Of a DNA stretch of 64,000 nucleotides, positions 1-6,521 are shown one piece after another. Position 1 is the stretch's first letter. Each line of letters opens with the position of its first letter. The position numbers and the translations under genes are program-made. The notes beneath the pieces are model-generated. The model was not told the origin of the DNA, did not search any database, and saw only the letters and a program-made list of their open reading frames with translations. The DNA is from a virus (lineage: Duplodnaviria; Caudoviricetes): positions 32,001 to 96,000 of the IMG/VR virus record IMGVR_UViG_3300026549_000050; one strand, given 5' to 3'.

Positions 1-484
1 TATTATATGCCCACTCTTTATAAGCCCACTGTTTACAGATTGTATCTTGTGCCATTTTGAGAGTATCCCAAAGTGGTATTCCATAAGGGAGGAAAAACCT
101 ATATTTTGACTTTGTAAGATATCTTTGTGTGCAAGTGGTGGCACGATAGTCAAATCTTGCGTTGTGTGCGATGATTGCTTTGACTTTGTAAGTGTCGCAA
201 AGTTCTTTAATTTTGTTTCTGATTGTAAAGTACTTTGCAATTGTGCGTTGTCCACTTGCTATCTGTTCTTCATACATTGGAATTTTCTTTGCATAGTAGG
301 CAGTTTTCATTAAGTCTTTCATTCCGCAAAATGTTTCATAGACTATAAAGGAAAATGTTTCGTATATATTACCCTTTTTATCGTGTATACAACCGCCTAT
401 ATCGTATACAATTGGATTATCAAGTCCGTTTGCGGTTTCTGTGTCGATTGTGAGATAGTAATTTTTTCTTCTGTCAATTTTCAT
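1..484 (-). CDS. DEDDh 3'-5' exonuclease (DnaQ-like), runs off the left edge
   Basis: Not in the ORF track; translated by hand from ATG at 484 (RBS GAAAGGAG): MKIDRRKNYYLTIDTETANGLDNPIVYDIGG...IIAHNARFD...; ExoI motif DxE and ExoII motif HNxxFD; clear paralogue of 3942..4583. Confidence 0.85.
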   Translation of the reverse strand, partial: MKIDRRKNYYLTIDTETANGLDNPIVYDIGGCIHDKKGNIYETFSFIVYETFCGMKDLMKTAYYAKKIPMYEEQIASGQRTIAKYFTIRNKIKELCDTYKVKAIIAHNARFDYRATTCTQRYLTKSKYRFFLPYGIPLWDTLKMAQDTICKQWAYKEWAYN

Positions 485-517
485 TTCTGTATTGACTCCT
501 TTCTTTAATGTAACTAA

Positions 518-546
518 AGTATACCATAGAATCAAACCAATTGCAA
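518..546 (-). promoter_or_regulatory. Sigma-A-type promoter (TTGCAA-17-TATACT, extended -10)
   Basis: Reverse complement reads TTGCAA ttggtttgattctatgg TATACT upstream of the exonuclease RBS. Confidence 0.7.
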
Positions 547-634
547 CCCCTTTTAGAAAAATTTTTTATGTTTTTATTTTCGTACAAGATTGCGCCCGGG
601 CGCGAAGAACGTATGTTCGATGAAGAGGGATTGC

Positions 635-1090
635 CTAAGCAACCCCTTTCAGAATTTCTATGATATTGTCAACATCGTATGCAGTACCAATCCAATTTGT
701 TCTGTTTGGTTCTTCATCGTCAAAGAGTATTCCATTTGGGAAACGAACGACTGTTTCTTTCGGTGTGCCATATGGTACGATTTTAATTTCGTCAAACTTT
801 ACATTTTTGAGATGTGTTTTCAACCAATTTATTTTGGCAACCTTTACTCTTTCATCATATTCTTCTGTGGAGTTTTTAGGCAACCAACTTACAATACCGA
901 TTGTATATCCGTTTCTCTGTAACTTGTTGAGAAGTCTTGCAAGTACATTCATTTTTATCATTGGGATTGCGTTTGTATATGGTGTGGTTTCTCTTGCGAT
1001 AATCATATCCAACCAACCATTTACACCATAGAGATTTGCGATAGTACCGTCCATATCGAAATAAATTGCTTTGTTAGTAATCATCATCAT
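635..1090 (-). CDS. HAD-superfamily phosphatase, 5'(3')-deoxyribonucleotidase-like
   Basis: YFDMDGT motif I and LFDD motif IV; start moved to 1090 (RBS GAGGT) because the longer ORF would cover its own promoter; paralogue of 6522..6965. Confidence 0.8.
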   Translation of the reverse strand: MMMITNKAIYFDMDGTIANLYGVNGWLDMIIARETTPYTNAIPMIKMNVLARLLNKLQRNGYTIGIVSWLPKNSTEEYDERVKVAKINWLKTHLKNVKFDEIKIVPYGTPKETVVRFPNGILFDDEEPNRTNWIGTAYDVDNIIEILKGVA

Positions 1091-1224
1091 ATTTCTTACC
1101 TCTCTTTCTGTATTCATTATAGTCGATGAAGAGGGAAAAGTCAATACCCTTTTATGTTTTTTTATGTTTTTTTCGTTGGTGGCGCCCGGGCCATCCGAAC
1201 ATATGTTCTTTTTTAATTAAATGA

Positions 1225-1250
1225 AAAAGTCCACTGTAAGTGGACTTCTT
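1225..1250 (-). terminator. Intrinsic terminator after winged-helix gene 1328..1654
   Basis: AAGTCCAC-5nt-GTGGACTT hairpin followed by a short T-run on the minus strand. Confidence 0.6.
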
Positions 1251-1327
1251 CAATAAAGGAGGTAAACAATTTTCATAAAAGTGGGAAAAGGTTTTTTAAG
1301 GGATAAACCTTTTCAAAACCCTTGCGA

Positions 1328-1654
1328 CTACAGTGAGTAAGCCTTGCGAGTACCCTTACCCTTTACCTTTACATCGCTAACTGTCAGACCCTCAATCTGC
1401 TTGAGGAGAGCAGACGCTTTCTGTGTGGAGATTTCAACCTTTTCGGCAATCTCTGTGGCAGTCTGTGGCTCTTCTGTGAGAACGCCCTTGATTGCTTCTA
1501 TTATTGGGGCATTTTCGAGTGCCTTTTTCGATACTGTTTCTCTACGCTTTGCGTTACGAGCATCGAGTTTTTCGAGTTCCTCTCTTACCTTTGCGATAAC
1601 CTCATCAGTGATGTTGCCATTAACGATTTCTACGAACATTTCTCTGTTAGTCAT
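1328..1654 (-). CDS. Small winged-helix DNA-binding protein (paralogue 1)
   Basis: N-terminal amphipathic/coiled helix; C-terminal wHTH (QTATEIAEKVEISTQKASALL...DVKVKGKGTRKAYSL); strong RBS; own promoter at 1699-1727. Confidence 0.75.
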   Translation of the reverse strand: MTNREMFVEIVNGNITDEVIAKVREELEKLDARNAKRRETVSKKALENAPIIEAIKGVLTEEPQTATEIAEKVEISTQKASALLKQIEGLTVSDVKVKGKGTRKAYSL

Positions 1655-1756
1655 AATTCTTTTTCCTTTCTACTGACTTAACTTTATCTTATGTTTGTAT
1701 TATATCAGACTTTGTGGTGTCTGTCAATACCTTTTTTATGTTTTTCTTTGTTTTTC

Positions 1757-1844
1757 TGTCAAGGGGAACTTTTGACGCGTCCGTCATGGGATTCGAACCC
1801 TTGGCAAGCATTGGGCAGCCCACTTGCACCTAATCCCCTTGACA
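1757..1844 (-). ncRNA. Putative structured small RNA, unit C copy 1 (T-loop cloverleaf)
   Basis: Own promoter TTGACA(1873-1878)-17-TACAAT(1850-1855); 11-bp closing stem UGUCAAGGGGA/UCCCCUUGACA; three internal hairpins including GGG-UUCGAAU-CCC; no RBS-led ORF. Confidence 0.7.
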
Positions 1845-1936
1845 ATTATATTGTATCAGATTTTTATTAATCTGTCAATACCTTTTTTAGATTTTTTTAT
1901 TTTTTTGAGATTTTTTTCTCTCTTTACTGTATCTAT

Positions 1937-1965
1937 ATTATACTACAGATTTTTTATTTTGTCAA
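1937..1965 (-). promoter_or_regulatory. Consensus promoter TTGACA-17-TATAAT within array 1, with no stem cassette behind it
   Basis: Exact consensus hexamers with 17-bp spacing; followed only by about 60 nt of A-rich sequence. Confidence 0.65.
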
Positions 1966-1993
1966 GTGTTTTTTCAAACTTTTTTAATTTTTT

Positions 1994-2094
1994 TGTCTAA
2001 AGGGAGAACTGTTTTTTAGTGTTGAGATAGACGCATCTACTTCCCACTCACGCTCAACTTTCTTGGGATAGTTTTTCGTGTTCTCCCTTTGACA
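1994..2094 (-). ncRNA. Putative structured small RNA, unit E (possible pseudoknot)
   Basis: Promoter TTGACT(2123-2128)-17-TATACT(2100-2105); closing stem UGUCAAAGGGAGAAC/GUUCUCCCUUUAGACA; interleaved UCCCA/UGGGA and GUUGAG/CUCAAC pairings. Confidence 0.65.
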
Positions 2095-2215
2095 ATTATA
2101 GTATAGCAAAATTCTCAAATTAAGTCAACTATTTTTCTTAAAAAATCTTGTACTAAAATCCGTACAAGGCGCCCGGTCCGTTTGAACGTATGTTCGTCAT
2201 TATAAAAGTGAGGAA

Positions 2216-2647
2216 TTAAACCTCACTTAGTTTACAAATAATATTATTACATTCTACTTCATGATTACGATAATAATTTATTGCCCATTCTGTTGCATGA
2301 TACTCCATTGGTATGTTAAAATATTCACGATTGAATTCTTCAAAATTATCTTCTTCATATTTCATTTGTAAAAGAAAATAAATTACATTTCTTTCTTCAT
2401 TTAATTCCTCTGTATATGTCATTATATGCCCTATTTCGTGTAATACTGACATTAAATAAGGATTAAAATCTACATTAAATTCTTGTTTAAGAAACTGCGA
2501 CCATATTCTATCTTCCTCTTCATTTAGTTCGTGTGGTATATAGATAATTTCTTCTTGTATATCTACACAAAATCTATTATCATTTTCAACTTCTATATAT
2601 TCATCAATTGTTTTTATAAAATCTCTTATTAAAGTAATTTTATTCAT
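2216..2647 (-). CDS. Acidic protein with HExxH zinc-metallopeptidase motif
   Basis: VLHEIGH plus a downstream E (PMEYHA), the pattern of ImmA/IrrE-type zincins; own RBS and promoter. Confidence 0.55.
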   Translation of the reverse strand: MNKITLIRDFIKTIDEYIEVENDNRFCVDIQEEIIYIPHELNEEEDRIWSQFLKQEFNVDFNPYLMSVLHEIGHIMTYTEELNEERNVIYFLLQMKYEEDNFEEFNREYFNIPMEYHATEWAINYYRNHEVECNNIICKLSEV

Positions 2648-2777
2648 TTGTTTTTCTCCTTTCTATATTTTTAGTATAAACCAAATTTATAAAATTGTCA
2701 AGTATTTTTTAATAGTTATTTTTTTCACAAAGTGGCCCGGACCGACCGGCCGCGAACGTATGTTCGTTTTGTTCGTA

Positions 2778-2806
2778 AAAAAAGAACGCACGTTTCGTGC
2801 GTTCAA
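2778..2806 (-). terminator. Intrinsic terminator after winged-helix gene 2815..3153
   Basis: GAACGCACG-3nt-CGTGCGTTC hairpin plus T7 on the minus strand. Confidence 0.8.
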
Positions 2807-2814
2807 TTTTTCGA

Positions 2815-3153
2815 CTATGCGAGTGAGTAAGACTTCTGTGTACCCTTACCCTTGACTTTTACGTCCTCGACAGTGAGAGTACCAACCTCTACCAACTGTC
2901 TGCAAAGGGCAGACGCTTTTGATGTGGAGATTTCGCAACCCTTTGCGATTTCACTTGCGAGATGTGAACCATCAGCGAGGAACTCAACGATTTTTGCCTT
3001 GATTGGCTCGTTCTCGACAGACTTCTTGGAAGGCATATTCTTTCTCTTTGCGTTCCTCTCATCGAGTTTTGCGATTTCCTCTGTTGCCTTTGCGATTACT
3101 TCGTCTGTGAGGTTTCCGTTAATTACTTCTGTAAGCATTTCTCTGAGTGTCAT
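2815..3153 (-). CDS. Small winged-helix DNA-binding protein (paralogue 2)
   Basis: Clearly similar to 1328..1654 (MTxREM...NGNxTDEVIAK...DVKVKGKGTxKxYSL); promoter at 3198-3226. Confidence 0.75.
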   Translation of the reverse strand: MTLREMLTEVINGNLTDEVIAKATEEIAKLDERNAKRKNMPSKKSVENEPIKAKIVEFLADGSHLASEIAKGCEISTSKASALCRQLVEVGTLTVEDVKVKGKGTQKSYSLA

Positions 3154-3243
3154 AATTTTTTCCTTTCTACTGACATTTAACTTTATCTTATGTTTGTATT
3201 ATATCAGACTTTTTGGTGTCTGTCAATACCTTTTTTGAATTTT

Positions 3244-3343
3244 TCAAAGGGGAGAGGGCGCTTGACAGAAATTTATATAGCGCATCCGCGTCTTTCTCTG
3301 TAATGAGAATGTTCTTTCTTTGAACTATCCTCTCCCCTTGATA
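3244..3343 (-). ncRNA. Putative structured small RNA, unit D
   Basis: Promoter TTGACA(3372-3377)-17-TACAAT(3349-3354); closing stem UCAAGGGGAGAGG/CCUCUCCCCUUUGA; internal hairpins GUUC/GAAC, UUCUC/GAGAA, CGC/GCG. Confidence 0.65.
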
Positions 3344-3402
3344 ATTATATTGTATCAGATTTTTATTAATCTGTCAATACCTTTTTTAAATTTTTTTTAT
3401 TT

Positions 3403-3490
3403 TGTCAAGGGGAACTTTTGACGCGTCCGTCATGGGATTCGAACCCTTGGCAAGCATTGGGCACCCCACTTGCACCTAATCCCCTTGACA
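3403..3490 (-). ncRNA. Putative structured small RNA, unit C copy 2
   Basis: 88-nt copy of 1757..1844 with one substitution in a hairpin loop; promoter TTGACA(3519-3524)-17-TACAAT(3496-3501). Confidence 0.7.
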
Positions 3491-3518
3491 ATTATATTGT
3501 ATCAGATTTCTCTGATTT

Positions 3519-3661
3519 TGTCAAGAGGGTTTTGAAAAGTTTTTCAATTTTTTTTCGATGTCCTCTTCCCACAAAACTCTGTTCGCTCAATGTGAGTGTG
3601 CAAGGGTAAGCCCTTAGCCCCAAAGAGATTTCTCTTAATGGTCGTCATCTCCCTCTTGACA
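3519..3661 (-). ncRNA. Putative structured small RNA, unit B
   Basis: Promoter TTGACA(3690-3695)-17-TACAAT(3667-3672); closing stem UGUCAAGAGGG/CCCUCUUGACA; hairpins AAGAG/CUCUU, AAGGG/CCCUU, CUCA/UGAG. Confidence 0.6.
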
Positions 3662-3725
3662 ATTATATTGTATCAGATTTCTTTTAATCTGTCAAGCCTT
3701 TTTTAGATTTTTTTTATTTTTTTTA

Positions 3726-3819
3726 GTCGACTTGGGGAGAGATTTTCATATCAGAGAGTCCATAAGGCGCATTATCTCTCGTTGACGCCAACTTCGGAAT
3801 TTTATCTCTCCCCTTGACA
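3726..3819 (-). ncRNA. Putative structured small RNA, unit A (possible kissing loops)
   Basis: Promoter TTGACT(3848-3853)-17-TATACT(3825-3830); closing stem GGGGAGAGAU/AUCUCUCCCC; two hairpins with complementary loops (GGCGU and GCGCC). Confidence 0.65.
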
Positions 3820-3941
3820 ATTATAGTATAGCAAAATTTTTAAAATAAGTCAACACTTTTCTTTGTATTTGTTTAGAAACAATCGCGTTAATTTTTTAAC
3901 AAAGTGCCGGGCGCGGTAGACAATAAAAATGTGATAGTAAA

Positions 3942-4583
3942 CTACCACATTTTTGTTTCATAATAGAAACCATCAATTTTTTCACAAGCGAGCAATATTT
4001 TATATTCAATCTCACAATCTGCGAGTGCAGTATGCTCTTCTGTGAAATTTTTATCAAACATATACTGTGCTACGATTTCTGCGGTATATCTGTTTGCGTT
4101 TCTCTTTGTCAGATAGTTATTATCTTTACAAAATGCTCTGTATTCTTTATCGTTTTTGAGGACGTGGCGAGAGAGTGCAAGAATGTCGTGGAATTCTGTA
4201 CCATAAGGGAAGAAATACCTCCACTTTGAACTTGTAATATATCTCTGTGTCGTTGCGAGTGAGCAATAATCAAAATTACAATTATAAGCAAATACTTTTT
4301 TGATGTTGTATTTTTTCATAATGTGGCGAAGTGTCCACTTAACATTATTAAATGATGTAAGAGTGCGTTTTCCGTCTTTAATCTCTTTCCAATACTGTGG
4401 AATTTTTTCATTGAAGTATGCAACACTCATTAATTCTTTATTAAGAAAAATATCTGCGATTACAAAACTGTCTTTGTGGTAAATTGTTCCGTTGAAGTCT
4501 GCGACTATATAACCTAAATCATAGACGAGTGCGTCATCAAGTGAGTTTGTTGTTTCTGTGTCGAGAATTAAAATCTTTTCCAT
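3942..4583 (-). CDS. DEDDh 3'-5' exonuclease (DnaQ-like)
   Basis: ILDTET (ExoI), AYNCNFD (ExoII), EEHTALAD (ExoIII HxAxxD). Confidence 0.85.
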   Translation of the reverse strand: MEKILILDTETTNSLDDALVYDLGYIVADFNGTIYHKDSFVIADIFLNKELMSVAYFNEKIPQYWKEIKDGKRTLTSFNNVKWTLRHIMKKYNIKKVFAYNCNFDYCSLATTQRYITSSKWRYFFPYGTEFHDILALSRHVLKNDKEYRAFCKDNNYLTKRNANRYTAEIVAQYMFDKNFTEEHTALADCEIEYKILLACEKIDGFYYETKMW

Positions 4584-4708
4584 TGTTTTACTTCCTTTCT
4601 TTTGATATATTTATTATAAGCGATGAAGAGGATAAAGTCAAGTATAAATCTTGTTTTTTTATGTTTTTTTCGTCGAAGGCGGCCCGGTCAAAAAAAAGAA
4701 CAAGTGTT

Positions 4709-4873
4709 CTACAACCACTTGTCCAAATTGTTTTTATTTACTTTTTCTCTTTTCTTCCTTTTATCGGAATAAACACCTGTTCTAAATGGTATGTCCTGCA
4801 TACCTCTTGACTTTTTTATAAGGTCAAGTCCACTAATTGTGGATACATGAATTGTTTTCTTTTTCTTTCCCAT
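4709..4873 (-). CDS. Small basic hypothetical protein (54 aa)
   Basis: Hand-translated MGKKKKTIHVSTISGLDLIKKSRGMQDIPFRTG...; RBS GAGGT; below the ORF-track cut-off. Confidence 0.6.
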   Translation of the reverse strand: MGKKKKTIHVSTISGLDLIKKSRGMQDIPFRTGVYSDKRKKREKVNKNNLDKWL

Positions 4874-4877
4874 TTTT

Positions 4878-5021
4878 CTACCTCACTCCGTTTTTCTTTC
4901 CTACTAAATATATGTAGAGTTTCAGCAAGTCTTGTGCATTTTTTCTCATCAAGAAATCTCTTGATTTTTCCGATACGCAACCCATAATTATTAGTCTGTT
5001 TGTCATTTCCATTTTACTCAT
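4878..5021 (-). CDS. Small hypothetical protein (47 aa)
   Basis: MSKMEMTNRLIIMGC...; RBS GAAAGGAG with a sigma-A promoter just upstream. Confidence 0.6.
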   Translation of the reverse strand: MSKMEMTNRLIIMGCVSEKSRDFLMRKNAQDLLKLYIYLVGKKNGVR

Positions 5022-5175
5022 TGTTTTTCTCTCCTTTCTTTTCCTATAATAATATTACCACAATTATAGGAAGTTGTCAAGCAAAAATTTCAATAAATAT
5101 TTTTTTAACAAACTTTTCGACCGGCCGCACTCGACGAACATCTGTTCGATGAAGAGGGATAAAAAAGAGCGCGCA

Positions 5176-5538
5176 TTACTGCGCGCCCTTTTCTGCAATC
5201 TCTTTTTTCTTCTCTCTGATTGCTTTATCTTTGGCAATCTTTTGTTTCTTTTTCTCTTCTCTTTCTTTTGCTTTCTCCTCTTTCTCTGCAAGTTTATGTT
5301 CGTAATCTTGCGCGAGTTCATAACCATCGTAGACCTCAAGACCTTTGTTTGCGCCTGTTGGAATTTTAACGGTTATGACTGCAAAGTCTTCGTTTCCCTC
5401 ACAACCAACGCAAGGAATTGCTATCTCATTCGACTTTACTCTTAAAACCTCTTCATTTTGGGAGAGAAAACAATCAATAATTCTCTGAAGAAACTCACCT
5501 CTCAAAATTTCACGCTCGACTTTTCTTGAAACTGCCAT
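5176..5538 (-). CDS. Hypothetical protein with charged C-terminal helix
   Basis: Strong RBS, own promoter, terminator-like hairpin overlapping the stop. Confidence 0.7.
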   Translation of the reverse strand: MAVSRKVEREILRGEFLQRIIDCFLSQNEEVLRVKSNEIAIPCVGCEGNEDFAVITVKIPTGANKGLEVYDGYELAQDYEHKLAEKEEKAKEREEKKKQKIAKDKAIREKKKEIAEKGAQ

Positions 5539-5628
5539 ATTGTCAACTCCTTTCTTTTTTTTAAATTCTCTTTATTTTCTAAAATTATTATAACAAATTT
5601 TTACAAAAAAGTCAAATTATTTTTTGTT

Positions 5629-5772
5629 TTATTTTAGGAACAAAGGCACATAGAACATTATCGGAAGTGAAACCAAAAACAAAAATCCGAAAAAATCGTG
5701 GTTTGTTATTTCTGTAAGAATACCGCAGAACATAGCAAAGATTACCCATATTGTGAAAATTACCCAAATCAT
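5629..5772 (-). CDS. Small membrane protein (47 aa, two hydrophobic segments)
   Basis: MIWVIFTIWVIFAMFCGILTE...FFGFLFLVSLPIMFYVPLFLK; RBS GAAAGGAG. Confidence 0.6.
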   Translation of the reverse strand: MIWVIFTIWVIFAMFCGILTEITNHDFFGFLFLVSLPIMFYVPLFLK

Positions 5773-5958
5773 ATTTCTATCTCCTTTCTTTTTACAAACT
5801 AATTCTACAATATTCGGATTGTAAAGTCAATAGTTTTCGGAAAAATTTTTTCAATAGTTATTTTTTTAACAATCGCGCCCGGGCAATTCGCACAAATGTT
5901 CGATTATGGGATAAAAAAGATTGTACGAATTTTAGAATAAATTCGTACAATCTTTTTT

Positions 5959-6348
5959 CTAACGAAGTCTTTTACAGTCAATTACTGCAACTACATCATC
6001 GCAATAATTTGTATATGGATTGTAAACAAAGTATGATATAACCTTTTTATCTTTCTTTACATATTTGTTATATCTTACATATTCGCCTTTCTTACTATAT
6101 CCATAGTAACCACGAGAGTAGGAAGTAAACTTTTCAACATAGACAAACTTTGTATTCTTTCTGTGTTCCATTTTCTTTGCGTTGTACTTTGTAAATACTC
6201 TGATTGTCTTTGTTGGATAATGTTTCTTACAATACTGTTTCATTATTGTATAGTCTGTTTTTGTCTGTGCATAACTTGGAGACACATAGACAGAACACAT
6301 AAGAATAGCAATAACGAGTAGTGGAATAATAAACGGATTTCTTTTCAT
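5959..6348 (-). CDS. Basic, Tyr/Lys-rich protein with a predicted signal peptide
   Basis: Start moved to MKRNPFIIPLLVIAILMCSVYVSPSYA (RBS GAAAGGAG); n/h/c-region signal pattern. Confidence 0.65.
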   Translation of the reverse strand: MKRNPFIIPLLVIAILMCSVYVSPSYAQTKTDYTIMKQYCKKHYPTKTIRVFTKYNAKKMEHRKNTKFVYVEKFTSYSRGYYGYSKKGEYVRYNKYVKKDKKVISYFVYNPYTNYCDDVVAVIDCKRLR

Positions 6349-6521
6349 AACTATGTCTCCTTTCTTTAGTCTAATTATACTCGATGAAGAGGGATAAGTC
6401 AATACCTTATTTTGTTTTTATTGACGTACAATCGCGCGACTGCATGGATAGTCTTGAACGTATGTTCGATGGACCGGCCGCCGAACACGTGTTCTTCTGC
6501 GTTCAATCTCAAAGGGATTGT

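Noticed and set aside
1757-1844. tRNA gene (GGTTCGAATCCC T-arm), also at 3403-3490
   Set aside because: No D-arm/anticodon arm geometry or acceptor stem with CCA; another hairpin follows the T-arm. Kept as a tRNA-like ncRNA instead.
1839-1870. Plus-strand promoters from the TTGACA at the right-hand end of the RNA units
   Set aside because: In the copy checked (1839-1844) there is no good -10 hexamer at 17-bp spacing; the hexamer is explained by the RNA closing stem.
1699-3853. CRISPR array
   Set aside because: The repeated parts are promoters and inverted stems, the interiors are 60-120 nt and structured, and no cas genes are in the window.
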